Assembly: GCF_009914755.1 (NCBI RefSeq)
Contig: NC_060947.1
DNA length: 64,000 bases
Reading direction: 5' to 3' (one strand)
Source of the DNA: the human T2T-CHM13v2.0 reference genome, Homo sapiens
Shown here piece after piece: positions 14,360 through 30,345 of the stretch (positions are counted from its first letter, which is position 1; the number at the start of each line of letters is the position of its first letter). The notes below the pieces were generated by a model. That model did no database searches, was not told the DNA's origin, and worked only from the letters and a program-made list of their open reading frames with translations. A program made the translations under genes and the position numbers.

Positions 14360-14800
14360 TCTTAATTATTGATGTGTATCTATATTATCTATAAATATAG
14401 ATAATATAAATATGAATATAATATTAATATTAATATTATCTATAAATATAGATCTATTTTTACATCTATCTATTATATTTATATTATCTATTTATAGATA
14501 TAAATAATAATAGTAATTTTTAATTAACCAGGCATGATAGTTTACCCCTGTATTCCCAGTTACTTGGACTGTAATTATATTATCTATAATATAAATATTA
14601 TAGATAATATATGTTCTCTATAATAGAGAATATAAATATAATATTCATATTATCTATAATATAAAATATAAATATATTTTTATAATGTATAAATAATATT
14701 TATATAATATATTATAAATATAATTATAACAGTTATATATTATAAATATAAATATGATCTTAATATTATATATTATATTTATATTATAGATAATATAAAT
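14360..14800. repeat. AT-rich low-complexity tract with local palindromes
   Basis: Almost pure A/T, e.g. tatattatctata-aa-tatagataatata; a ~45-bp Alu fragment sits at ~14522-14568. Confidence 0.85.
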
Positions 14801-14902
14801 GCTATATAGGACTGTCTAGGACTGCTTGAAAATGAACAGTCCTTGATAGCATTTACATCTAAGGTACCAAATGGGTAAATGCAGTGTTTTAAAAGGAGTA
14901 GA

Positions 14903-15212
14903 AGCTGGGTGAGGTGGCTCACGCTTATAATCCCAGCACTTTGGGAGGCTGAGGCAGGCAGTTCACTTGAGGCCAGGAGTTCAGCACCAGCCTGGCCAAC
15001 ATGACAAAACCCCATATCTACTAAAAATACAAAAATTAGCCGGGCATGTGGCACATGCCTGTAATCCCAGCTACGCTGGAGGCTGAAGCACAAGAATCAG
15101 TTGAACCCGGGAGGCAGAGGCTTCAGTGAGCGGAGACCATGCCACTGCACCCCATCCTGGACAACAGAGTGATACTCTGTCTCAAAATAAATAAATAAAT
15201 AAATAAAATTAA
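14903..15212 (+). mobile_element. AluS
   Basis: Alu dimer, (AAAT)n tail, TSD aaaaggagtag; (TG)n follows at ~15237-15270. Confidence 0.9.
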
Positions 15213-15233
15213 GAATAAAAGGAGTAGGAGTTT

Positions 15234-15271
<38 letters not shown>

Positions 15272-15702
15272 TGTATACATATAAATGGTTTCAATTTATG
15301 CCATTCAAGTTTTGTAGTTGGTAAGTAAAATAGCATTTCTCACAGCTTTAAAGCTTTTCCTGGGGTGACATGATTATGCAAGTATGATGCTGAGGTGCCG
15401 ATTTTATAAGAAGGTTTGCACCTTCACAAATGACATATTCTGGCAAGGAACTTTTCAAGCATAAGAAACATTTTTTACTGACAAGTATGAGGGAAATTAA
15501 ATTTAAAAGTAGGTACTATCTATCTTGTGTCAGCATTCAACAAAGCAAAATGAGATTGTCACTGCCTTGTTCTCATATTTCCACAAAGCTTTCCCATTTC
15601 TTCTGGGAATCAAGCTGAGCACCTGGTGAAATAGCCACATTTAATTAGAAAATAAAAGTAAATATGTATCATTGTCAAATTTCATTTTGACTCAATCATT
15701 CA

Positions 15703-16071
<369 letters not shown>

Positions 16072-16899
16072 TTAAAACAAACAAACAAAACAAAGCAAGC
16101 CTAATTCCCCTTAATGGGGAAAATCTGAAAGATCAATAAACATAGGCCATTAAATTCCATTCCACCAGAAATCAAAGCCATGAAAAATTAAAACAAAGAA
16201 ATGGAATTTCACAGCCATTAGCTTAGCAAAAATTCAAATGTCTGCTGTATTCATTGTTGGGGAATTGTAGCAAAAGGGAATCTGTACCCAATTTGGAAAA
16301 GCCTTTTGGTATTGTCTAATGAAATGGAAAGCCTCCAATCGCATATGTTACTCAACAATACCTTTGAGAAGGCAGGACACGTTTAATTACTAGGGTTTTG
16401 GGGACAGACAGGCTGGGTTTGATCTCAGCTTTTTTTCCTGCTAGCTGTGTGATTTGAGCAATTTAGTAACTAGGCTTTAGATTTTCATTTTATGAATTAG
16501 GGCAATTAGAGTTTTGTTGAAGGCAAATAAGTTTAATATTTATAAAGAGCACTAAAAAAATACTCCCAAAGAACAGCTCACATATATACACAAAGAAGCA
16601 TTGATAACTTTGTTTCTTGCCATATTGTTTGTAAAAGAGGAAAAGTGGAAATGATCAAGCAGAAAGGGAGTAATTAAGTGTTAATAACTCCTAGTGTGTG
16701 CATACCAGCTATATCACAGTTACACAAATTGGCTCAACCTATGCATAACTAAAAGGATAATAAAATAATTTACAAAAAGATTATACAATAATGTACTTCT
16801 AATGTAAATTTTAAAAATATTCACTAGGTATTATTTAGTGATACATGTATTTTTAGTGACAATATAAAAATGTACTTTGGAAGACATAGTGAGAATATA

Positions 16900-17968
16900 A
16901 TTAATTGATACACAGCTTGGGAATTTGTCCTCAATGGCTTTCTCTCTCATAAGTTTTTGTGAATCGGTTTCAATTTGCAATGGAGTGCCCTAGAAGGCAA
17001 ATAGAATAGAGTGAATTATAAATATAGTGTGCTTGATATTCTTAATTTGGAAGAAAATACTTAAAAGGTGTGCACTGTTACAGTAGTTAATATGTGTGTG
17101 TTTATGTGTGTGTGTATATATGTAAAACAAATGTCATATGCATTTACATATGTTTATATATACATTTTATATCAATATATACATGTGCACTGTTACTGTA
17201 AATTAGCATGTTGTATATATGTGTATATATAAATAAAACAAATGTCATATACATTTATATACAATTGTATATACATTTTATATCAATATGTACGTGTGCA
17301 CTATTATAGTAATCAGTATGTGTGTATATATGTGTGTATATATAAATAAAAAATATCATATACATTTATATACATTTTTTACATCAATATTAAACATTTT
17401 AATAAACATTTAACATATACAGATGACCCTTGAACAAAATAGAGATCAAAGATGCCTCCTTAACCTAGAATTTTTAAAAGATGAAATTTACATTAATTCT
17501 TTTTATTAAATAAAATGATTTTTTGGTGAAGTTGAGGTTTGTTTGATGACAATCACCTCCCTATAGCTGCCAAGGTGGTGGTGGTTTGTTGCATTCAACA
17601 AACTTCACTTGGTAAACTTCAACTTTACCAATAATCACTTTATGTAATAAAAAGCACTAAAGCAAATGAATATATACATTTATATGTAGGTGTATATGAC
17701 ATTTATTTTATATACACACACAGACACACACATGTATACACACACACATATATATACACACACACATACTCATTACTGTAACAGTGCACATCCTTTAAAT
17801 ATTTTCCAAATTAAGAACATCAAGCAAGCGACATTTAAAATTCATTGCATTCTGTTTGGCTTCTAGGGCACTCCACTGCAAATTGGAATTTGTTCACATA
17901 AATTGAGTAAACATCCTATGACAGAGGAAGCCCTTGGGGACAAATGCCTGTGTTGTGTATCAATTAAT
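16900..17968. repeat. Decayed ~1.07-kb inverted repeat with tandem triplication in the left arm
   Basis: Arms 16900-17560 and 17574-17968 are reverse complements (e.g. ggagtgccctagaag / cttctagggcactcc); 13-nt centre. Confidence 0.9.
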
Positions 17969-18266
17969 GACATAAAAATAATCTAGTGTATCTCCTTTTT
18001 AGATGGCAGCTCTATAAGATGTGTCTGTGTAGCTGGTGGTTTAGAAACTGTCTAAACAGAACTACCTGGATGCCCATATTGTAATCATTCAGTCAGAATA
18101 TTGTGTCTATTTTTTGTGGCTTGAAATGTTGAAACATAGAGAAGAAATGCAAATAACAAAAAATTTAAGAGTGTAACAAAATTAATTTTACCAAACACAA
18201 TTAGGTATATATATAAATATATAATTTAAATATAAATGTGTATGTATGTGTGTGTATATGCATATA

Positions 18267-18715
18267 CAGTTGACTCTTGAACAACATGGGTTTGAACTGT
18301 GTGAGTCACTTATATTTGGTTTTTTTCCCACCTCTGCCACCATTGAGAAAGCAAGACCACCTCCTCTCCCTCCTCTTCTTCGGCCCACTCAACGTGAAGA
18401 TGATGGGGATGAAGGCCTTTAGGGTGATCCACTTCCACATTGTGAATAATAAGTATATTTTCTCTTCCTTAGGATTTTCTTAATGACGTTTTCTTTTCTA
18501 TAGCTTACTTTATTGTAAGAATACCGTATATAATACATATAATGTATAAAATGTGTGTTAATTGACTGTTCACGTTATCGGTAAGGCTTCCAGTCAACTG
18601 TAGGCGATTAATAGTTAAGTTTTGGGGGAGTCAAAGTTATACATGGATTTTCAAATACATGTGGGAGTGGGACGGCGAGTTGTTCCTTACCTCTGTGTTG
18701 TTCAAGGGTCAACTG
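18267..18715. mobile_element. Tigger2a-like MITE
   Basis: TIRs cagttgactcttgaacaaca / tgttgttcaagggtcaactg, TA TSD, 449 bp. Confidence 0.9.
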
Positions 18716-18807
18716 TATATGGTAAATGTTTATATAAATGTATGTATTGATATAAAAATGTGTATATAAATGTTCACAAACATATAAAATATGCACAGAT
18801 CCAAGTT

Positions 18808-20023
18808 ATATATATGTACCATATATATGTGTACCATATATATGTATGTACCATATATGTGTACCATATATATGTATGTACCATATATGTGTACCATATA
18901 TATGTATGTACCATATATGTGTACCATATATATGTGTGTACCATATATGTGTACCATATATATGTGTGTACCATATATATGTACCATATATATGTGTGTA
19001 CCATATATATGTACCATATATATGTGTGTACCATATATATGTACCATATATATGTGTGTACCATATATATGTACCATATATATGTGTGTACCATATATAT
19101 GTACCATATATATGTGTGTACCATATATATGTGCCATATATATGTGTGTACCATATATATGTGCCATATATATGTGTGTACCATATATATGTGCCATATA
19201 TATGTGTGTACCATATATATGTGCCATATATATGTGTGTACCATATATATGTGCCATATATATGTGTGTACCATATATATGTATGTGCCATATATATGAA
19301 CCATATATGTGTGTACCATATATATGTATGTACCATATATATGAACCATATATGTATGTACCATATATATGTATGTACCATATATATGAACCATACATAT
19401 ATGTACCATATATATGTACCATACATATGTGTACCATATATATGTGCCATACATATGTACCATATATATGTGCCATATATATGTGCCATATATATATGGT
19501 ACATATATATGTGTACCATATATATGTGTACCGTATATATATGTGCCATATATATACGCCATATATATATGTGCCATATATATGTACCATATATATATGT
19601 GCCATATATATGTACCATATATATGTAGCATATATATGTACCATATATATGTAGCATATATATGTACCATATATATGTAGCATATATATGTACCATATAT
19701 ATGTAGCATATATATGTACCATATATATGTAGCATATATATGTACCATATATATGTAGCATATATATGTACCATATATATGTAGCATATATATGTACCAT
19801 ATATATGTAGCATATATATGTACCATATATATGTAGCATATATATGTACCATATATATGTAGCATATATATGTACCATATATATGTAGCATATATATGTA
19901 CCATATATATGTACCATATATATGTACCATATATATGTAGCATATATATGTACCATATATATATATACACACCATATATATATATATACACACACACCAT
20001 ATATATATATATACACACACACC

Positions 20024-20082
<59 letters not shown>

Positions 20083-20100
20083 TATACACACACACACACA
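18808..20100. repeat. AT-rich VNTR built on ccatatatatgt(g)ta, ending in (TA)n(CA)n
   Basis: 30-bp unit block (~18840-19270), irregular block, 26-bp unit block (~19610-19950). Confidence 0.95.
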
Positions 20101-20118
20101 TCAATACAAGTTTAGGTA

Positions 20119-20486
20119 CAAATGCTCCTTAACTTATGATGGGGTTATATCCCAGTAAACCCATAGCAACTTGAAAATATCGTAATTTGAAAATGCATTG
20201 AATATGCCTAACCTGCCAAACATCATAGCTTAGCCCAGCCTCCCTGAAACATGCTCAGAGCACTTACATAGCCTATAGTGGAGCAAACTCCTCTGGCAAC
20301 ACAGAACACTGTAGAATGTTGGCTGTGAACCTTTCTGATTGCAGGGATGAGCGGGAGCTGGCTCCCTGCTGCTGTCCAGCCTGGTAAGAGAGGAAAACAG
20401 CACTTTCCACTGCATGCATATTGTTCTCACACCACCGTGAAGTCCGGAAATTGTAAATGGGACCATCCTAAGTCAAAGACCATCTG
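20119..20486. mobile_element. Tigger4b-like DNA transposon
   Basis: caaatgctccttaacttatgatggggttatatccc ... taagtcaaagaccatctg with TA TSD. Confidence 0.85.
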
Positions 20487-20620
20487 TATATCAATTTATA
20501 TGTATACAAGTTTTTATGTAAATATATAAATGTATATGTATGTATATACAAGTGTATATATAAATATGTATGTGTACATGTATACAAGTTTATATATAAA
20601 TAAATGTAATTATATATGAT

Positions 20621-20983
20621 TGATAGGGTTTGGCTCTGTGTCCCCACCCAAATCTCATCTGGAATTGTAATTCCCATGTGTCCAGGGAGGGGCCTGGTGA
20701 GAAATGATTGGATCCTAGGGGCGGATTTCCCCATTGCTGTTCTCGTGATAGTGAGTGAGTTATCATGAGATCTGATGGTTTAAAACTGTGGCACTTCCTT
20801 GCTCTCTCTCGCTCCCGCTGCCGTGAGAAGACGTGCCTTGCTTCCCCTTCACCTTCTGCCATGATTGTAAGTTTCTTGAGGCCTCCCCAGCCACGCGGAA
20901 CTTTGAGTCATTAAACCTCTTTCCTTTATAAAGTACCCAGTCTCAGGTATCTTTTTATAGCAGTGTGAAAATGGACTAATGCA
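20621..20983 (+). mobile_element. THE1D/MSTA-like MaLR solo LTR
   Basis: tgatagggtttggctctgtgtccccacccaaatctcatc...ggactaatgca; TSD atgat/gtgat. Confidence 0.9.
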
Positions 20984-21075
20984 GTGATATATAAGTATAC
21001 TGTATATATTATTATATACATATATACAATAATTTTACTAAACAAAACCAGGTACATATATAAAGATGTAAGATA

Positions 21076-21376
21076 TTTTATTTTATTTATTTATTTGAGA
21101 CAGGGTCTTGCTCTGTGGTCTAGGCTATAGTGCAGTGGCATGATCTGGGCGCCCTGCAGCCTAGACCTCTGGGGCTTAAGCAATTCTCCACCTCAGCCTC
21201 TGTCTCGAGGAGCTGGGACCACAAGCTTCCACGCCTGGAAAATTTTTGTATTTTTGGTAGTGATAGGGTTTTGCCACGTTGCGCAGGCTGGTCTCGAACT
21301 CCTGAGTTCCAGCAATCCGTCCGCCTCGGCCTCCCAAAGTGCTGAGATTTACAGGCATGAGTTGCCATGCCCAGCC
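21076..21376 (-). mobile_element. AluJ
   Basis: Reverse Alu, TSD taaagatgtaa. Confidence 0.9.
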
Positions 21377-21553
21377 TAAAGATGTAATTTAAATATGGAG
21401 GTGGATATTCATTTATGTACTATATAAAAGTGTATATAAGTATATGTAAATATGCATAATATACTTAAACTTTATATATACTAATTTTTATATAAACATA
21501 TAAATTTATATATGTACATAACTTTAACATATATATGTGTGTTTTTACATTTT

Positions 21554-23559
21554 TTCCAATATTTCCCCACTTTATTAAGGTTGACCACCATGATATTTAT
21601 GTATCTAAACATTTTTTATAAGTTTTCAGTGATGTTTAGATTCTGAATTATTTTTCCAGAATTAAGTTAATTTAGGGAAATTTGTTTGTATTTTATAGAG
21701 AACAATTTTCTTTAGGATACAGATAGGAACATGTATAATTTGCAAATATTACAAAGATGATTTCCGAATCTCAGCTGACCTCTTTCCCAATTGCAAGCAC
21801 TCATTTAGTCTTTAGTGACAAGAGAGAACAAAAACAACCACCTACACACGTCTGTGTGAGATTCTGGTGGCTTAGAAATCCCTGAAAGAGCAGTAAACTG
21901 TGATTATTGAAAAGCTCAGAACACTGGCAAGGCTTAAGTGCAAAGCATTTAACAGAAGGCCACAAGAATCGTTTTCCTAACAGGAGCTAGGAACTATAAA
22001 TGTCATTTAGGAATGCACTGAAATGCCGTTGCCTAGTGTTAGTGTTGCACAGAAACTCCTGGTCATTTCTTCTGGATCTATTATTTTGGGTAAGCTTCCA
22101 CTATCATACCATGGCCCTGCCCTCCAGCTGCACAGGCAGCCGCTAAGGCATACTGGCCTCCTTCCTTCCGTAATCTGTTGGCAGCTGCCACGACCAACCT
22201 GCAGCCAGTAGCTCCAAATGGGTGTTCCAGGGACAGAGATCCACCCCAGTTATTAAACTTCTCCGAAGGAAGCAATGTAACCTTGCTTTTTCTACCCATG
22301 TAATTTTGTGCAAACTAATCAGAATCCATGGCTTTAAAATTAGCTAAAATCTTACCTGAGAAAGCTTTGTGAAATTCAAAAGCATCAATATCACTCATGG
22401 TTAATCCTGCCTTTTCTAGAATTTTTGGAGTCGCATATGTTGGTCTGAATAATAGTTGATCTTTCAGATTGTGAGACACGTACATAAAATCCCTCAAACA
22501 CTCCTTCGGCTTATAACCCATTGCCAGAGCCTTTTCCTCTGCCTCAGATGCGCCATCAGTCAAGAAAGAAGAATTTGCAGCTGTCGCTGTGCCGTAGGGC
22601 TTGATGAATGCAGGTTTTAGTTTAGCCATCTGCTCCAGTGAGGAAGGACGGATGCCATTATGTTTGGTAACTGTATCTTTTCCTGGTACTTTGAAGGGTA
22701 CGACATCAGAAAGGAGTCCTTCATCCTGTGCCTTCTTGGCCAGACTGGGACAGCGCAGTGCATATTCATCCTGTTCCAGTCGAGAAACAGCCAATTGGTC
22801 TGCAGAGTGGCCCGTGGTCTCACTGGTGGAGAACTCAGAAACCTCAGGGAGCTCAGGTGCTGGGAAATTCAATTGGCATTTAGAGATTGAAGACAGTCAC
22901 TGGCCCACAAATTTGGCCTTACTTAGATCAAGCATCAGTTTTCTCATTTTCCTTGACTGACGAATAGGGACATGGAACATCAACTCGACACCACCTGCCA
23001 TGATCACATCACACTGGCCAGAAGCAATCAAACCAACACCTGTGGTCATGGCTTGGTTGGCAGAGATACAAGCCATGGTGACAGTGTGAGCAGGAGTCTT
23101 GTCAGAGAAGGCAGTTCCAAGGGCAGCCTCTCCAGCCACATGGCTTGTTTTCACTTCCTGAATGACTGTGCCAAAGATGATATAATCAACTACTTCCTTG
23201 GGGACACTGGGCTGATGCAACAAACCCGTAAGTGTTGCTCTAGCCAAATCATGTGGTATCAGGTCTTTATACGAAGTGCCTGACAGCAAAAATGGAGTGC
23301 GAACACCATCCACCACCACAATATTCCTTATATTGGGTTTGGCTAATGTCTTCCTCGTTTCGGTCTGGATGGCTGGGCAGCTCGCAACTGGGAGGAATAG
23401 CTCAGAGGTCTTATGGAAAATCTGAGGGACCATTCTGATGCAGTGAGAAGTGCATCAGAAGTGCACTTTTTAAAAGTGTAAGTCAAGACGGTAGTCATTC
23501 TGGAATCTTAGCCGATGTCCGCATGGACTCCTACTCTGAGCAAGGCTCAGATCCCGTGA
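21554..23559 (-). pseudogene. HADHB pseudogene: Full-length processed pseudogene of HADHB (mitochondrial trifunctional enzyme beta subunit, 3-ketoacyl-CoA thiolase)
   Basis: Intronless ORF pieces read [37 protein letters not shown] and [17 protein letters not shown] at 23498, stop at 22081, premature stops at 22897-22899 and 22315-22317, 5' frameshift. UTRs present, AATAAA at 21571-21576, TSD ttttacatttt (21543-21553 / 23560-23570). Confidence 0.97.
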
Positions 23560-24749
23560 TTTTACATTTTAAGTTTACATTTCAAAATTGGCCTAGTCAT
23601 TTTATTAGCAGTACTTATGTATATTTCTGTTTTATTGAACTTATTAAGGTTACAGCTTCTTCACACTGAAAAAAATAATGCCTAAAACTTCAAAAAAGAA
23701 ACATATGGACAGCCTCCTCTATGCATCCACAGTATATTAAAAGTTGATTTATGGGCACTTTGGAAATGTCAGTGTCTGACTGAAACTTTCCAGCAAGGGT
23801 TGGAGTTGTTGCTCTACTGCAGATTTTTTCTTTATTTCTGTAACAGTCCTTCATTAATCCCCTTCCCCCATGATCATCTCAGCTTATTGTTCAGGAAGTT
23901 GCCCTGACGAGCCTCTCTTGCACAAGATGGATACTGCTTAGCTAAAACCCATGGGGCAACACCAACGATATTATAGAGAAATTCTGGCTAAACTAGAGAC
24001 TTTCTCTGGGCAGCAGAAATCTTTAGGGAAGAAGTAACTGGCAGGTACTGTCAGAGAAATGTTGGGTAATCCTGTTGGGAAATCAAAACATCATTTCTTC
24101 ATTGACCCTTTCATGAGGTCTGAATTCCTAAAGAAAAAAAAAACAGTTGATGCTGTCACTGGTGAGTTTTACACACCCATATGTTTTACTCTTCCCCTTA
24201 GCAAAAGCAAAACTACACTAGGCATAGAGATTTACTATCCTGAATCTCAATCTCTGTATGCAGTATTCCTATCACACTGCAGTATTTCTATAGAACTAAA
24301 ATGACAGAAGCACAGAGTGTCTAGATTCTGAAGCTGGAGGGCATGAAACATTCATGCCACTGGCCATAGCTATGAGTGACTTTCTCAAGTCTTTTTTTAA
24401 GAGAAACAATTCTCTGAAAGTTATAACCCCACAGCTACTAGAAACAGAAATTCTATATCACTAGACTGCTGGTATTTTTCCTATGCTTTGCCCAAAGAGC
24501 AGCATGAAGACAGACTAAATGATCCATATTGGAACTACCTGAGTCAATCCCTTCATCTGTGACTCCCAAACACTGAAAATATTGCCATAAATATGATACC
24601 TACAATTACTGTTCAGCATCATGCAAATGCCCGGTTAGCCTGAAACTCAGAAATGTTTAAAAAAAAATCCTAAGGTTGTAGGAGATTTTCCCCTCATGTT
24701 GTTTGAATTGCTAAGAAGTCTTACAGTGGACTTCTTACCTTAGCATATC

Positions 24750-24968
24750 CATGGACTAACTATGGTCCATGGGCCAAATCCGGCTCACCACTTTTTTTAT
24801 AAATAAAGTTTTATCGGAAAACAGCCATACCCATTCATTTATGTATTGTGTGTGCCTGCTTTTTTGCTACAATGGCAGAGTTGAGTTACTGCAACAGAGT
24901 TTATATAACTCACAGAGCTGAAAATATTTACTATTTGACTCTCTCCAGAAAAAGTTGGCCAATTTCAT
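24750..24968. mobile_element. MER58A (hAT-Charlie MITE)
   Basis: gggccaaatccggc...aaataaagtttt...cagccatacccattcattt...aaaatatttactatttg. Confidence 0.85.
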
Positions 24969-25794
24969 AGCACTGTTAACAGTACTAAAACATAAAGCTG
25001 TTTTTCCCGTTTTCTTCTACTCTTTCTCAACTTGTCATGTCTTTAAAAAATAAATTTCTTTTTGATGTCTTTCTAAGTAAGGAAAAATTAAAATATTTAG
25101 TCACTGGCATAGTTTTCCATTTTTATCTTTATATTGTGCAATGCCAATTTTGAACTCCAATATCTGAGCAGTTAACATGTATTCAGAAATCACTGAAATT
25201 ACACAAGCTGTTATTTTGTAGCACATGCGTAAGTATCTACTGCATTCTTACCACAACACGGGAAGTGTGCTACACAAAATGAACTTAGCTGATTTTATTT
25301 CACTTCTTGATATGGACATACTCTAGCAACACTGTACCTTCAGCTCACTGATGGTAAGGAAGTCATGCAATGAAGGGGAGCCACAGGTTGTCATCTCATC
25401 CCATCCCTTCTATGGCATCATTTTCAGCATAAGTGGTTGGCCGATGTGTCAAGAAGAATAGGAGATAGGATAGAGTTTTTGTTTGTTCTTGGATTGTTTT
25501 TAGAATGTCATTGCCACTTTTCTATATTTGAAGCAAGTTCTAACTTGGACACAAAGCATGGCCTCTCTGGGCTGCAAGAGCACTCACTTTGTCGTAGAAG
25601 TAACAGCCACCCTTTGTGCACACTGTGAATCTCACCGAATTCCCCCTATTGCCAGTCCAGCAGAATTCTGTGCTCAAGGGGCTTCATGAGCATTGTACGC
25701 TATTGGGTAGCAAAGAACAGTGGCAGAACTGCATACGATGCATATCTCCTCTGACCACGTGCATGCATGCCTCTTCGTCCATTGCACTCCAGGT

Positions 25795-25932
25795 ACAAAA
25801 CAAAAATGCAAAGATTAACTCTTTCAGAATTTCAAGACAGCAGTGGCAGACCTCTAACCCTAGCATGGGGCACTTCTGACCCCAGGACCCTTTGCAATTG
25901 CTTGGGGCCATACACCTGTGAAGGAGGCCCTG
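25795..25932. mobile_element. MER91-like hAT fragment
   Basis: agaatttcaagacagcag...tgaaggaggccctg terminus. Confidence 0.5.
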
Positions 25933-26029
25933 AGTTAGGGAATGGAAAAGTAAATGAATGCTACTCGATTTCTGTTTTCAACCAATGCTTTCCTTACTCA
26001 TGAAAGGAGACAACTATACTGATTTCATG

Positions 26030-28630
<2,601 letters not shown>

Positions 28631-29139
28631 GTAAATCAGTCTACCACATTCTTTTCAAGGGAACTTGAGTTTGACAGATTCATGCATCTCAACTCAGCAT
28701 TGTAAACTCTTAACAATGAATCCGTCACAGCTGGGACCAAAGTTAAAAATAATTGCTATCTAAGTATAAGTGTTAGAATAAATTATTTCCAACGTTTCCC
28801 CTCACGTTAAGTTTCTCTGATTCTTGATGTATTCTTTAATTAAACTGGAAACACAATTATGACTTTTATCATTATTGAATTCATAATATATTTGGTAAAA
28901 TAATTTCTTTTTAAGTAAAACATTTAACAATGCAGTTTGGTTCACGTTAATTACACTTTGAAGAACCCTTTATATTACTTGCCTAGAGACAGAGTATGTG
29001 GGTAGGCAATTGATCAATATTCTGCTAAACTTTACTTATGAGAGTTTCTATTGAAACAATTATGTATTGTTGCTTTTGTTTGTCATTAATTTAGTAATTA
29101 TATCTTGAAAATTTAGTATGTGCTGTTTTAATTATTACA

Positions 29140-29350
29140 CAGGCAATATCTATTTATCTATGGTCTATATCTATATTTATCTACCACGTATGTGTATTTA
29201 TTATCCATCATCATGATCTATTATTTATCATCAATTTATCTACCTGTCATCTATTTATATTTATCATCTATTCCTACGTATCATCTATCTTCCCCATTAA
29301 AATACCTACCCATATCTATCTATGTACCTTATCTATCCATCTTTCTATCT
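29140..29350. repeat. Degenerate (ATCT)n low-complexity tract
   Basis: Repeated atct/tatc motifs. Confidence 0.75.
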
Positions 29351-29459
29351 TTTTACATTACACAGAAGTGGTTTATCTTTTAGTGGTGGGGGACATTTTA
29401 GGCACAGAGTATAGACTCTATAAAATCTTATTGAATTGAGTTGAATTAAAAGCGTTTCT

Positions 29460-29735
<276 letters not shown>

Positions 29736-30239
29736 CTACTTCACACAATACCCCATGATTGAATGTTTATAAATAGGTTCCTAATAGTCGATATTGACAC
29801 ACTTATGCATGTCAACCAGAAGACAAAAAAAAAGGTTAATACATTGCTCTATAAAACACCTTTATTTGGAGAACAAAATAGGCCTTTACAAGCTCAGGAA
29901 AATATTCTGCTCTTTGAAACCCACTATATTTTTCTGTGCACAGATATGGCCCATGTGCTTATGCCAAAGATTCTGGTAAGTAATGTTATTCTTCTGATCC
30001 ACCATTGGTCTCAAATGAAACATGCTAGTTCACTTAAAAATCGATTAAAAATAAAACTGATGAGAGGGCCATTGGGATGCAGAGAAAACAATATTTAAAA
30101 AATCTAACACTAACGGACAGAATTAACTGAGTTCTACGTAATTCATCCCTGTAAAGATGGCAATGTGCAGATTAATGTAATTACTGAAATTAATTTTTGA
30201 TTGTGGGTACAGTGAAGGCAAAATTTACTTTTACATTTT

Positions 30240-30345
30240 ATTTTTATTTCCTATTTTCTCTAAATTTTAATAGCTTTTGGGGGTACAAGTGGTTTTTGGT
30301 TACATGGATGAATTATATGGTGGTGAAGTCTGAGATTTTTTTGAT
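30240..30345 (-). mobile_element. L1PB-like 3' end fragment
   Basis: tagcttttgggggtacaagtggtttttggttacatggatgaattatatggtggtgaagtctgagatttt. Confidence 0.75.

Noticed and set aside
18730-20158. ORFs of up to 455 aa rich in Y/I/M/H/C on both strands
   Set aside because: Artefact of a largely stop-free tandem repeat; open in several frames with periodic peptides.
22081-23433. Functional thiolase CDS (three ORFs)
   Set aside because: Intronless, with nonsense codons, frameshift, deletions and TSD: a processed pseudogene.
24970-25700. Possible old hAT DNA-transposon remnant
   Set aside because: I could not assign termini or family confidently by eye.
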